DNA of 56,015 bases. It comes from a virus (Duplodnaviria > Caudoviricetes). Shown piece by piece: positions 20,101-29,845 of this stretch. Position numbers and translations under genes: made by a program. Location of the stretch: IMG/VR virus record IMGVR_UViG_3300046006_001695, positions 1 to 56,015 of that record; one strand, given 5' to 3'. Position 1 is the stretch's first letter. The number at the start of each line of letters is the position of its first letter. The notes under the pieces were generated by a model, which saw only the letters and a program-made list of their open reading frames with translations, had not been told where the DNA came from and did not search any database.

Positions 20101-20755
20101 ATTGATTAGTTGCCAATTTATTTAAAATTTCCATAAGTTTGGTACGATCATGCCATGGAAATAAATTTGCGGATATGTCTGGCAATTCTCCCAAACTTGG
20201 TTTTAATTCTGGGGCAAATTGCTGTCCCCATTCTAAGATCATACCAACACCAGGAATTAAAAACGTTCTGTGCAAATTTTCTAATTGCACCAGTGATGGT
20301 ACGGAGATTTCCATCGATGCCTGTGCCAGTACACCGTTCTTAGCTCTACCAACGGTTACTTTAGTAATACCAGGCGGTGGGATTCTGACAAAGTTCGTTG
20401 TTTTATATAACATACCCTGTGTATCAAATATCCCAGATATTATTTGATCGTTTGGGTCTGTTGCATACACTCGTTTGGAGTTTCCTTCTGCCGTATACGT
20501 ATACCCAATCAACGGCATATCTCCCTGTTGTGATGCGTACATATCTTCATATCGTACATCTTCATCTATAGCATGTAATCCTAATGTAAACCCAATATTA
20601 CCTTTACCAAGTTCTGGTAATTCAATAGTGGTGGTGGCTCTTATGAACGGCATAGAAACTTGAATCGTATTATCCAGTTCAGACCGTGCATCCAATAATT
20701 TACTTATGTCTTCATTTATTACTTTGTAGTCAAAAGACCCTTGATCGTGTGCCAT
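17180..20755 (-). CDS. large baseplate hub-like virion protein with inserted lysozyme-like domain
   Basis: Position after tape measure and baseplate genes; hub-like PPPGIT...LEWG and C-terminal MPGIAGLRIG...FQI.GIE..I...GW.T; internal GKYQ, FDSATQ and LAKEFASIP muramidase motifs. Confidence 0.7.
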   Translation of the reverse strand: MAHDQGSFDYKVINEDISKLLDARSELDNTIQVSMPFIRATTTIELPELGKGNIGFTLGLHAIDEDVRYEDMYASQQGDMPLIGYTYTAEGNSKRVYATDPNDQIISGIFDTQGMLYKTTNFVRIPPPGITKVTVGRAKNGVLAQASMEISVPSLVQLENLHRTFLIPGVGMILEWGQQFAPELKPSLGELPDISANLFPWHDRTKLMEILNKLATNQLGLKEILDDYAYTSQGQYMWMFGRVANFSTKSNSDGSFNCTVKIVGPSEDSFAYSTQNTVIPSKDSSTKYFCASDTTSVSSYFTETVTGGINFKTLLDDTRNNAGPWQKHVQFLEGGNKKGGDPTATEQSPVISQNSFADSEDAYFITWRYFVNIVLNSTDETYKGLKYIFSKMMSDEELKKIGLLLPYATGDGRKNTNVESLKYIDDPMESYVGMNKFLRSIDPSTLIIVNEKAVQLAQANPQYNIPTSDVKFFDTNDETKKFYDQSNKNDPRGLFEESTTAYKAAEDRGFLSSGVWLNHKAVAECMVGSTTILRGIVSLLERMNHATLNYWKLAIDVAEPIKGSEHPYNYMVIDANFRESSDRAVSEFIDKVHTFNKYVRTDAATGKLVGSELTECSIDLSLPKRLFTQIATLGLVQPEDMQEIANAGKTKDELAEEAAAAAKTGLGPNKPPKISDPNDTLRKMFAITSLAGVDKDGNFDANIQGPDITVLPKTAREAQLRASAVCGKGNVQTTANTGGVGQKPGAVDPSANLNNKNADELKKEQEKAKKTLESEVCKKCQTCPPPKAPPVTTQPTNKKLSQLTISEVLSVQKPTGTVLAVGKYQAIPVTFKAWIAAQKIPTDTVFDSATQEKLGDWLIVGKRPKVGRFVNGDTSITIEDAQLELAKEFASIPVPYRVTRPAGAASKSDPGAVLEAGQSYYYGIAGNRSTASSAKYQEALRIARQNKSLQSLKEFIAKGEGNYDSLNRGIAGDTRLDSTEYYAALNQRKSSTSSTKVCSDEAYIEIGTIGFDGTIFRDSQIKEGKKRCANCETAKTVMTQTAVVIAEKDKATKAAEKAIRDFPGMNRIFRYIEIFPDMMVSEITDSANGQFANAFGASPGALSIKGDIEMPGIAGLRIGELFWIDRIPTFYKAFGAFQIMGIEDTIGREGWTTKVHSTFNYLGTNWKAAMEAKFKTAKTTRASNITAPVGT

Positions 20756-20761
20756 AGTATT

Positions 20762-21025
20762 TTAATAGTTTTGAGGTATCGTGATAACTGTTCCCGGCTT
20801 AATAAATATAGAGCCGTTCAGTCCATTATTCGCATTTGCAACCACATACCACAAAGTTGCTGATCCTAAATATTTGTAGGCAATCGTATCCCACCGGTCA
20901 CCCATACGTGCTTCATGGGTATATTGAATTTGATCTTCAATAGGATCAGTGGGGATGGCGGATGTATAATATCGCACACCGTCGTCTGTTTTTTTTACAG
21001 TTATACTATTTTGATAACGTGGCAT
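20762..21025 (-). CDS. LysM-like / gp53-like baseplate wedge protein
   Basis: GDRWDTIAYKYLGSATLWYVVANAN...PGTVITIP; start at MPRYQ, open frame to 21061. Confidence 0.8.
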   Translation of the reverse strand: MPRYQNSITVKKTDDGVRYYTSAIPTDPIEDQIQYTHEARMGDRWDTIAYKYLGSATLWYVVANANNGLNGSIFIKPGTVITIPQNY

Positions 21026-21038
21026 ATTTTTATTAAGA

Positions 21039-23084
21039 TTAAGGTCTATTAGGTAATGCACCTGGCGTCAATCTTTCACGGCGTATGGTACCTAGGCGCT
21101 GCATAATTGCATCAATTTGTTGGCGTGATGTACCATTTTTTATGGCTATATTATATGCGTCGATAAGATTTTTTTCTACCCCATCATATTCTGGGTTACT
21201 AGGTTTTCGCGATTCTACACGGGTGGCAATTGGATTACCCGGAGGTGCATCTGGCGTGAGATTAGTTGCAAATCCTTCCATTTTTTCGGTGATGCCATAA
21301 AACGGAGAATCGGCAACCTTAGACGATTTTTCAATTATGGTAAATTTAATATCCATTTCTGCTGCAATTGGTACTTGTCGTCCACCATCAATTTCCCATG
21401 ACGTACCTAATTCGTTAAAATTGGTGTTCAGTGAAGTGACATATCCCGGTTGTTCTGTATATACATCTCCAATCGTTAACCGCACAATGTTTGGTTGAAA
21501 AATACCACGATTAAATCCGTATGGGAATACTAAGCCCGTCAAATAATTAATACGTTTCCAGCACCCATCCAACTCGTCTTTAGAAAATGCAATCACGCCC
21601 AATTTAAATGATATTTCTCGTTGCACCCCAACATAATTAACAAATTTTTCCATACGACCAATGTATTGGTATGATTTATATTCTGGCGTTGCCGATTGTT
21701 GTAAATCTTTGATAAATGCTCTAAATCGAATGGGTCCATCAGTGCCCATTGCAAATGATACCACGATTGGATCATCAAATGCATTATTAATTGATTGATA
21801 TGCTTTTTTAGAGACGGCATTATTTGGGAGTGCTGCTGGTAAATTTGATTCATCTTTTAGATACGTGAGCCGTTTATCTTGTGCTGGGCCCGTTTTAAAA
21901 GCCTTTATTCGTTCTTGCATGTTACTAGTTTTTCCATCTATTATTTCCGAAGCATTCAGACTGGCAAGTCCTGCATTTCCCGCAGAAAAATATCTAACGA
22001 ATGCCTTACCCTGATATTCCGCAAGTACAGGTAATCCACTTGCACGTACTATTGGTCTAGGATTTAATCGTTCAATGTCTGATAATATTTGTGATACTTC
22101 TGCAGCGGTACTTATTTGAGAATCTATTGCTTTTCTGTAATCTTTAGCAGAATCGTAGTCCGCTTTTATGCCAGATTTTTTAGCAACGTTAGATACATCT
22201 GGTCGGCCTGTTGTTGGCCAAGCAACTTGGTTATATTTTGCCAATCTATAACTGGCATAATCCGTTTGTCTTGTTAGTGGCCAAGTTTTTTTATCGTTAC
22301 TATAGGTTAAATACGTGGTATAGTTACCATTCCAACTACCAGGCGACGATGGTATCGCGCCATATACTGACCGAGTAAATCCTACGGTACTTATATTTCC
22401 CCCAAATTTAAACGCAGGCGGTCTAAATCCAACTGCATAATCTTTATCTGACTTTCCTAATTCTGGTCGAGATTTTTTCCATCCTTCTGCACTTGACGGT
22501 GTACCATATCCAAATTCTTCTCCGATATTCTTCTTTGCAGTAAATGCGGAAATGGTGTTAGTAATTGGTCCCGCAAGTTTTTTAAAAAACGCACCAATGC
22601 CACCACCAGCATTTTGTGTAAAACTGTCATACGTAGATTTTTGTAATTGGCCAAGTTTTCTTACGTTTGCATAAGAAACATCGGTCTTTGCTAATAAGGC
22701 ACCGCCTGGGCCACCAGTAATTGGCCGTAAATGTCTACGTAAATGTAAAAACGGGACGGCGTTTCCTACTGTAAATAATGGATTAATTAATCGTGTTTGT
22801 TCAAATGTATTGCCAGTTTGTAGTAATTGTTGTTTTGCTAAAAACAAAAGTCCACGTTTACTGAGAGTAAATAGCGTTAATCTTTTTACGTCTATTAGTG
22901 CACTTCGTACAGGAAGACTTCTACTTTCTCCGAATCCCCAATATCCATTTCCGGGTTTACGTACTATTAATGGGTCGTCGTTTCTTCCATTACTCGGCGC
23001 TCCGTTTTCAAACTTCAACGTACCGGCGCTATATAATCTATTGACGTTTTCGTTAAACCGACTTTCTAAGTTTTTAAATGCCAT
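21039..23084 (-). CDS. baseplate / tail-tube initiator-like structural protein
   Basis: C-terminal FRAFI...YIGRME...Y....REISF...RLTIGD...PGY domain; sits between the tape measure and LysM-like genes. Confidence 0.65.
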   Translation of the reverse strand: MAFKNLESRFNENVNRLYSAGTLKFENGAPSNGRNDDPLIVRKPGNGYWGFGESRSLPVRSALIDVKRLTLFTLSKRGLLFLAKQQLLQTGNTFEQTRLINPLFTVGNAVPFLHLRRHLRPITGGPGGALLAKTDVSYANVRKLGQLQKSTYDSFTQNAGGGIGAFFKKLAGPITNTISAFTAKKNIGEEFGYGTPSSAEGWKKSRPELGKSDKDYAVGFRPPAFKFGGNISTVGFTRSVYGAIPSSPGSWNGNYTTYLTYSNDKKTWPLTRQTDYASYRLAKYNQVAWPTTGRPDVSNVAKKSGIKADYDSAKDYRKAIDSQISTAAEVSQILSDIERLNPRPIVRASGLPVLAEYQGKAFVRYFSAGNAGLASLNASEIIDGKTSNMQERIKAFKTGPAQDKRLTYLKDESNLPAALPNNAVSKKAYQSINNAFDDPIVVSFAMGTDGPIRFRAFIKDLQQSATPEYKSYQYIGRMEKFVNYVGVQREISFKLGVIAFSKDELDGCWKRINYLTGLVFPYGFNRGIFQPNIVRLTIGDVYTEQPGYVTSLNTNFNELGTSWEIDGGRQVPIAAEMDIKFTIIEKSSKVADSPFYGITEKMEGFATNLTPDAPPGNPIATRVESRKPSNPEYDGVEKNLIDAYNIAIKNGTSRQQIDAIMQRLGTIRRERLTPGALPNRP

Positions 23085-23104
23085 GTGTATTTCTCATACA
23101 AAGT

Positions 23105-26100
23105 TTAACGGGACTGTTCACGGAACACGCCGAGCGATGATGCGGCGTCATTACTATTTACTAATGCTTTTCCAACCTTTGCTCCATCCATATGAATCTG
23201 TATACCTTGAAGGGCATTGATGAAATTATTCAGTTGCTTTTCTATACCGGCAGTATCGACGGAAATTGGCGCCTGCGGTTGTGACGTGCCTTGTGCTGCA
23301 GTGGATTGTGTCCCAGAAAGAAATGGAAGCATCGACATCATGTTCCCCATGTCAGGCATCATTGCACTCATTGCAGAAACTGCGGGTGCCTTCTTCTTCC
23401 CAAATAATCCACCGATCTTACCCAATGCACTACCCATTAACTTACCAGGACCACCTGCAATTGACGCAAGGGCACCGCCGACCAATGGAATTTTCTTGAG
23501 TAATGGTGCTGCCAAGCCCATTGGTCCGCCGGCTATACTACTGACGACACCTTTACCTTTCTTGCTACCTAGAAATCCACCAATTTTACCCAATGCACTA
23601 CCCATCAACTTACCAGGACCACCTGCAATTGACGCAAGGGCACCGCCAACGAGAGGAATTTTCTTGAGTAATGGTGCCGCCAACGAACCCGCCAATCCCA
23701 TTGGTCCGCCCAATAAACTACCGCCAAGACTGCCCAATCCTACTTTTCCAAGTAAGCTTCCGGCCACTCCTTTTAATCCACCGCCACCTAATAATCCCGT
23801 AGCTTTTCCGAGTAATCCACCAAGGCCAGGAATCTTAGTTGCCATACCCATTAAATTACTGGTCGTTGATCCACCACCTGTGAATAGATTGCTTATACTA
23901 GACATTGCCCCACCGGCCTTACCACCGAACATATCACCAAATTTGTTTTGCGCCATGGAAAGTAATCCGCTAGTGCCACCTGCCTTCAGTTCTTGGGCTT
24001 TGGCAATTGCTCCACCGGCCTTACCACCAAACATACCACCAAACTTGTTTTGCGCCATGGAAAGTAATCCGCTAGTACCACCTGCTTTTAGTTCTTGTGC
24101 TTTAGCAACGCTTTCACCGGCTTTTCCGCCAAATAATCCACTTAACTTTCCTTGCGCCATGGAAAGTAAGCCACCAGTACCACCTGCTTTTAGTTCTTGT
24201 GCTTTAGCAACTGCCCCACCAATTGGCTTATTTAAGTCGGTATTGATAAATTTAGAAACTTTCCCAAATCCACCATTGGGGGCAACTAGTCCAGAAAAAA
24301 CATCGTTTACTTGTTTTTTAAATACATCAAGTTGTTCGTATTTTTCACCTGCTTTCTTTGCAATAGACCCATATGGTAGTTTTGTGGTACCGGCCAAATC
24401 ATCTGCATATGCAATGATATTATCTTTATTATTTAATGCAATGACCCCAGACGGTGTTACCAAGGAACGTTTGCCGTAGCCGGGTTGAGATATTACATCA
24501 TCGCCTTTAGTTGCTGCTGCTTCAATCGCACCTTCTCCTGCACCAAGTATGCCACCGGCGGTACCACCCACTAATCCGCCAGCTGCCATACTTGCTCCTA
24601 TAACAGCCAATCCTGCTGGTATACCAACCCCACTGCCCATTAGTAATAAACCGGCGCCTATACCAGCTAAAGAAGCGCCGCCACCCGCCCCTATTCCAGC
24701 CCCTTGTTGCGTTCGTCCTTTAATTAATTGACCAACCCCTCCCTCTTCGCCCGCGGCAATTTTTCTTTTGCCCTCTTCTACATTTTTTGATCCAAATTTA
24801 AAAAGAGCAATTGCCGCGGCAATCGTTGCAATTCCTGCTGCAGCTGCCATGATGGGTGCTGCCATGCCACTAGTTGCAAATGCGGTTATTCCCGTATTAA
24901 ATGCAATTGTTGCTAGTATAGCATTTGCAGCAATACCTGCTAATTTGGTTAGTAAATCTATCCCAACCGCCATTCGATTTAAAAATCCATTGCCTTCTGC
25001 TTGTAATTCTTCGGGACTTTTTGTATCTCCGTCAGGCGTTTCACCTGCCATTTTTTGCATGTCACTGATAGTCATACCAAACATCGATTCTAACTCAAGT
25101 CGTTCTGATCTACGAAGTTTGGTAATGTCTTTGCCTGTATTGGCTAATTGTGACTTTAGTTCATTGTATAAATCAGCGTCACTACCCGTTTCAGAAATCT
25201 GTGCCAATCTATTGGAATCAAGATTAAATCCCATTGCCCCAAGAGCTGCTGTACCTTCTAAGAATCCTTCAAAATTATTGATGAGACTATCACCAAATTG
25301 ACTGACTTTATTTAAATCAATTCCAATTTTCTTTGCGTCCGCAGCGGCACGAGTAAATGATTGTGCAAATCGTGTACCATTACGTGCTAGTAGTTCCGAA
25401 TACTGTGAAATGGCCTGCATTGCATCTTTTGATGTCAATCCTTTCTTGGCAAATTCTGCAATAAATTTATCTTGTGATTTTTTTGCTTCCGCAACATTTC
25501 CCAACGATTGTGCCGTAAATACACGACGGGCCTTTGTTAGTTGCTCCGTAGTAACGCCCATTGTACGTGCTTGCATTGCTAAATCTTTAGCGGCATCAGT
25601 CGTTAATATACCACCAAATTCATTTTGATATGCGGCTTGTGCACGTTCGATCATTTCGGCAGAAACACCAAACTCTGGTTTTCCACTGAATAAAGATTTT
25701 GCTGATTCTACATAGCTATTAAAACTTGATACGATATTGTCTACTTTAAGATTTGCCGCTTGTCCTGCGGCGATACCAAACTGTTCTTGAGTTTTGTTGA
25801 TAGCACCTACTAACTTTTGCATTTCTGTATTAGCAGAATTTACTGTTGTTGCGAATGCAGTTAACTTTATATTTTTTAATTCAGATGTTTTTAGTCGAGT
25901 TGATTGCTCAAGAGCATTTACACTGTTAGAACTCTTTCTTTCTGCCTCGGAAGCTTTATTTAAATTATCTCGTAAAGTACCACGTATAGCACGCAACCTC
26001 TGATATTCAATTTCTTCTGCTAAACTTCGGCCGGCAGCGGTTCTTCCCTTTGCCGTTAATGATCTATACTCATCCCTCTGTCGTGCATTATCCTGCAAAG

Positions 26101-26371
26101 CACGCATATCCGAGTCGTGTTTCTTTTTAGCAATAGTCAACTGCGTGCGGATTACTTCTATTTCTTGCTTTTTAAGTGCAGTATTTGTCTTTGCATGCGC
26201 AATATCTTGCACCATAGACGCAATACTAGCAACTACTGTATTTGCGTGTTTAGATAAGATTTGTGTCAATCTATTTTGCGATGCCATAGCACTTCTAGTA
26301 GCAATACTAGCGTTATGATATTCTTTTGCTAAATCTTCTGCTTCTCTTTCTAGTCGGTTTGTTGGCGCCAT
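23105..26371 (-). CDS. tape measure protein
   Basis: 1088 aa; helical Ala/Gln/Lys-rich N-terminal half, hydrophobic Gly/Ala stretches, tandem repeats; downstream of the tail chaperone. Confidence 0.8.
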   Translation of the reverse strand: MAPTNRLEREAEDLAKEYHNASIATRSAMASQNRLTQILSKHANTVVASIASMVQDIAHAKTNTALKKQEIEVIRTQLTIAKKKHDSDMRALQDNARQRDEYRSLTAKGRTAAGRSLAEEIEYQRLRAIRGTLRDNLNKASEAERKSSNSVNALEQSTRLKTSELKNIKLTAFATTVNSANTEMQKLVGAINKTQEQFGIAAGQAANLKVDNIVSSFNSYVESAKSLFSGKPEFGVSAEMIERAQAAYQNEFGGILTTDAAKDLAMQARTMGVTTEQLTKARRVFTAQSLGNVAEAKKSQDKFIAEFAKKGLTSKDAMQAISQYSELLARNGTRFAQSFTRAAADAKKIGIDLNKVSQFGDSLINNFEGFLEGTAALGAMGFNLDSNRLAQISETGSDADLYNELKSQLANTGKDITKLRRSERLELESMFGMTISDMQKMAGETPDGDTKSPEELQAEGNGFLNRMAVGIDLLTKLAGIAANAILATIAFNTGITAFATSGMAAPIMAAAAGIATIAAAIALFKFGSKNVEEGKRKIAAGEEGGVGQLIKGRTQQGAGIGAGGGASLAGIGAGLLLMGSGVGIPAGLAVIGASMAAGGLVGGTAGGILGAGEGAIEAAATKGDDVISQPGYGKRSLVTPSGVIALNNKDNIIAYADDLAGTTKLPYGSIAKKAGEKYEQLDVFKKQVNDVFSGLVAPNGGFGKVSKFINTDLNKPIGGAVAKAQELKAGGTGGLLSMAQGKLSGLFGGKAGESVAKAQELKAGGTSGLLSMAQNKFGGMFGGKAGGAIAKAQELKAGGTSGLLSMAQNKFGDMFGGKAGGAMSSISNLFTGGGSTTSNLMGMATKIPGLGGLLGKATGLLGGGGLKGVAGSLLGKVGLGSLGGSLLGGPMGLAGSLAAPLLKKIPLVGGALASIAGGPGKLMGSALGKIGGFLGSKKGKGVVSSIAGGPMGLAAPLLKKIPLVGGALASIAGGPGKLMGSALGKIGGLFGKKKAPAVSAMSAMMPDMGNMMSMLPFLSGTQSTAAQGTSQPQAPISVDTAGIEKQLNNFINALQGIQIHMDGAKVGKALVNSNDAASSLGVFREQSR
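23409..24215 (-). repeat. coding repeats within the tape measure gene
   Basis: Two near-identical ~105 nt copies 168 nt apart (AAPLLKKIPLVGGALASIAGGPGKLMGSALGKIGG) and three copies at a 102 nt period (AKAQELKAGGTxGLLSMAQ...). Confidence 0.9.
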
Positions 26372-26375
26372 TTAC

Positions 26376-26747
26376 TTACTCAACCAAAGCGTGATACGTT
26401 GCAATAAACAACGTGGTAACATTTCCACTGGGAACCGTGACAAGCGGTGATCCTGAAACTGCCATTCCTTTGTATGATCTGGTTCGTTCTAATCGTGCCA
26501 ATGGCGCACCCGATACTGACATTCCCTTAAAGATAAGGTCACCGACTAATGTTGCTAATGGAGAACCCGATACCGACATCCCCGCATATAGTTTATTGCC
26601 TACTACGGTATATAACGGCGTACCAGAAACAGCCATGCCTTTGAAAGCCCGTCGATCCCCTACTAAGGTAATCAACGGACTTCCCGACACGGACATTCCT
26701 TTATAAGCTCTATCATTTTCTGCTAAAAGATGTCGAAGTAATATCAT
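26376..26747 (-). CDS. five-fold repeat protein
   Basis: Five 19-20 aa units of [YF]xGM[SA]VSG[STA]PL. Confidence 0.75.
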   Translation of the reverse strand: MILLRHLLAENDRAYKGMSVSGSPLITLVGDRRAFKGMAVSGTPLYTVVGNKLYAGMSVSGSPLATLVGDLIFKGMSVSGAPLARLERTRSYKGMAVSGSPLVTVPSGNVTTLFIATYHALVE

Positions 26748-26950
26748 TGTTTACTCGCCTTTTTCAATTGTTTACTTTCTTCTTCCTTCAATTTTCCAAA
26801 TTCTTTGATATAGAAGTTTCGTAAATAGACGGGCATTTGGTATAAATCCATTACACTAAATGCTCCTTTTGAATAATGCGCAATAGTCATTATAGTTCGT
26901 AACAGATCAACCTTATACTCGGGCGTCAGGCCAAAAGAAGTTGACGCCAA
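26744..26950 (-). CDS. gp51-like / tail chaperone second ORF (possibly a frameshift product)
   Basis: F...DLYQMPVYLRNFYI motif; overlaps the end of the upstream chaperone in the +1 frame. Confidence 0.7.
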   Translation of the reverse strand: MASTSFGLTPEYKVDLLRTIMTIAHYSKGAFSVMDLYQMPVYLRNFYIKEFGKLKEEESKQLKKASKQ

Positions 26951-27686
26951 TCGGCAACCTCACGGTCTGTGCTGTACCGCACGTACAATCCACGGAGACA
27001 TTGAAATTAATATCAGGTACTTTGGTACGATACTGTTCACGAAGATATCTGGCATCTTTAACTAATAAACTATCTACAAATGCCCAAATCTTTCCTTTTG
27101 TCGTATCACCATTTACTGATTTAATCATTGCTTTTAATCGGGAGGTACTGTCCGATTCAACATCAGAACTGATTTTTTTCAATGCTTTTAATTCTTTATC
27201 AATTGCCAATTCGTCGCCGCGAGTTAACAACTTCAATGTAATTTCTGCTTTAGACAATGGAAGTACTAACGTAAATTCACTGGGTTCTGAAGATTCTGGT
27301 GCATTTTCTGTTTCAAGATCCGATAAGTTTACTACTTGTTCTACTACGGTTCCACACGACGGACATTCTAATGATACATCATAATCTTTGCCATACCCCA
27401 AAATTCTTGCGGCAATCATTACTGCATTTAAATCACCCAAGTACAAATCTGCCGCTTTCACCCCCTTTGTGGCAATTAAAGCGTCAATCAATCGATCTAA
27501 TACAACACCCTTTTGAATTAAATTCTGTGAAGTTAGAATATCTTCGTGCTTCGCAGTCATGTAGCGTAATTCAATTTGTCCACTTCGCAATGGACTATCT
27601 TCTGGATAAAACACGCCCTTCGATGGAAGGTCGATTGTTTCTGTTGGGAAAGCGTCAACTATTTCTGTAACTGTTTGTTCTACCAT
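26913..27686 (-). CDS. gp26-like baseplate hub assembly / tail assembly chaperone
   Basis: IDLPSKG.FY, MTAKHEDIL, AARILGYG, CPSC and CTC, ending FFWP. Confidence 0.8.
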   Translation of the reverse strand: MVEQTVTEIVDAFPTETIDLPSKGVFYPEDSPLRSGQIELRYMTAKHEDILTSQNLIQKGVVLDRLIDALIATKGVKAADLYLGDLNAVMIAARILGYGKDYDVSLECPSCGTVVEQVVNLSDLETENAPESSEPSEFTLVLPLSKAEITLKLLTRGDELAIDKELKALKKISSDVESDSTSRLKAMIKSVNGDTTKGKIWAFVDSLLVKDARYLREQYRTKVPDINFNVSVDCTCGTAQTVRLPIGVNFFWPDARV

Positions 27687-27724
27687 AAAACCTCTCGGAT
27701 AAAAGTATACTTACATAAATATCA

Positions 27725-29605
27725 CTAGTCTAATGTTTCTGTCTCAAACTGTTGTCGATATTCAATATTAATTCGTTTTACGAACTCTTTAAACATGGAT
27801 TTACTGCGTTCTGGAGTAACTAATGCTCCATCGACAATCATATCTGCCGTTGCTTGCTTTTCTTTCAAGGTATCCCGCATGTTTTCATCGACGGTGCCTT
27901 CACACATCATATAATACACTTGGACTTGACCTTTTTGGCCGATACGATGGGTACGATCTTCTGCTTGTTCGTGTTCCGCAGGCAACCAGCCCATGTCGAT
28001 AAACACCACCGTATCAATTGCTTTTTGTAATCCGTCAATCCCCATCCCCGCAGCACGTAAACTAAACAATCCTACCTTTGCTTCCCCAGAGATTAGTTTA
28101 TCAATCGATACCTGCCGCACATTTCTGTTCATTTCACCGGTTAATAATGCTGCTTTATCTCCGTAGTGTTCGGTTAACAGTTTTAACGGTTTAATATAGC
28201 AACTGAAGACTAGTATGGACCTATCGTTGTCGATAAATTCATCAATCATTTCAATTAATCGTGGTAATTTCTTTTCAATTAAGAATCCCTGCAATTTTGG
28301 CATATGTTGAATCGACGGGCGTCCATCCATCTTCCATTTCCCAAACATTTCTTTCAACAGTTTGTTATATTCACCCTTTTCATCTTTGGTAAGTTCGACA
28401 TACAAATCATTCCGTTGTTTATTCGGTAATTCTTTAAGTACTTGGTCTTTTTTCCGTCGAATAACGAGGTCTTTTGTGCGGTCATGTAAATCTTGCAGAT
28501 TCATCGGTGCCGCACCTTTCCATCCGCCATATCGCTGCGTAAAATGGAAGAAGTTATTGAATCGTTCTTTATCTAAGAAATTCAATAACGCGAACGCTTC
28601 AATCGGACGGGACATCACAGGAGTTCCCGTCAAAAATATTGTATATTTTGTTTTAATACCCGGAAACTTTCGTCGTTCTTTCCATGACCCTAAGATAGAT
28701 TTTGCCCGAATGGTTTGTCGGTTCTTTAAATAGGTTGCTTCATCACAGACTAACAAATCAAAGTTTTGGTCACGTAACCAATGATTGTTTTTGGCAACTG
28801 CATCATAATGCGTAATATGAAATTGGTGGTCAAGGTGCCCATCATAGGTTTTACTATCCCAGATCGTTGCATCCTTTCCCGTGAACTTTTTGACCTCGCG
28901 TTGCCAGTTCACGACCACGCTAAGGGGACATACAATAAGGGTCTTCAAGTTATGTAGTTGGGCATAAGCAATGGCCTGTACGGTCTTGCCAAGACCAGGA
29001 GCGTCTGCAATTAGACACCTTCCACCTGCTCTATCGACAAACTGCACGCCGACTTTTTGATAGCCATATAAATTTAATTTTAATCCTGGGACCGTGAATG
29101 TGGTATCTTCTTGTTCACGGATTTCGTCTAAATCTTCTCGTCGTTCTTGTAATTTTCCTAATAGTTTTTCCGCAGAACTTGACAGAATTGCATTAGGAAA
29201 TGTTTTCATCATCTTGGGCAATTGTACCGAGGGAAATTCCCATCGTTTATCGTCCCCATTCCATTTTCGTCCATCAATTTCGTACTTAAATTGCGCTAGT
29301 AATGTTTTATCATACGGCATGACAACGTAGGCCGTTTTAGCATCCTTTAAATGAATGTTAATTGGGCCTGTTTGCGCTTCTTGTGTTGTTTGTGGTACGT
29401 GGGACAGTTTAGTACGGGGCAATGATAAGTCACTTATGTCCTCATCCAATAATGCCCGTCTAGATGCTTCTACCCAAACCGCCGGTAATCCTGGCGTGGA
29501 GGTGATCCATTGTAAATATTGCGGGGCAGAGCGTCTTACATTCCCTAACGTCTGCCCCGTATATTTACCCCACGTAAAAATTACTTCGTCTAACGACGGA
29601 TGCAT
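27725..29605 (-). CDS. SNF2-family (HARP/SMARCAL1-like) helicase
   Basis: LIADAPGLGKT, CDEA, LTGTP, RRKKDQVLKELP and QAEDRTHRIGQ; short N-terminal WGKY domain. Confidence 0.92.
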   Translation of the reverse strand: MHPSLDEVIFTWGKYTGQTLGNVRRSAPQYLQWITSTPGLPAVWVEASRRALLDEDISDLSLPRTKLSHVPQTTQEAQTGPINIHLKDAKTAYVVMPYDKTLLAQFKYEIDGRKWNGDDKRWEFPSVQLPKMMKTFPNAILSSSAEKLLGKLQERREDLDEIREQEDTTFTVPGLKLNLYGYQKVGVQFVDRAGGRCLIADAPGLGKTVQAIAYAQLHNLKTLIVCPLSVVVNWQREVKKFTGKDATIWDSKTYDGHLDHQFHITHYDAVAKNNHWLRDQNFDLLVCDEATYLKNRQTIRAKSILGSWKERRKFPGIKTKYTIFLTGTPVMSRPIEAFALLNFLDKERFNNFFHFTQRYGGWKGAAPMNLQDLHDRTKDLVIRRKKDQVLKELPNKQRNDLYVELTKDEKGEYNKLLKEMFGKWKMDGRPSIQHMPKLQGFLIEKKLPRLIEMIDEFIDNDRSILVFSCYIKPLKLLTEHYGDKAALLTGEMNRNVRQVSIDKLISGEAKVGLFSLRAAGMGIDGLQKAIDTVVFIDMGWLPAEHEQAEDRTHRIGQKGQVQVYYMMCEGTVDENMRDTLKEKQATADMIVDGALVTPERSKSMFKEFVKRINIEYRQQFETETLD

Positions 29606-29844
29606 TACGCGTCAGTGGTTTCCGTAAGGTCTTCTTCGGTTTTTGGACGGACATAGACCATCCGTTCCATATCCAACTTCCATCCCGCTTCTCCACTCAG
29701 TCGGAGAATCTGCATCATTTGTGCATTCGATTCTTGAATTTGCTGGAGTAATTCACCTTGATACTTTCGCAATAGCTGATTGTTTGTTTGAATCAATTGT
29801 TGTAGTGCTAGTGGCACTTCTAATGTAACTTCTTCTTGTGTCAT
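29605..29844 (-). CDS. hypothetical protein
   Basis: 79 aa helical ORF; its stop overlaps the helicase start (TAATG). Confidence 0.7.
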   Translation of the reverse strand: MTQEEVTLEVPLALQQLIQTNNQLLRKYQGELLQQIQESNAQMMQILRLSGEAGWKLDMERMVYVRPKTEEDLTETTDA

Positions 29845-29845
29845 A

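Noticed and set aside
23217-24479. 420 aa plus-strand Pro-rich ORF
   Set aside because: Antisense shadow of the Gly-rich repeats of the tape measure gene.
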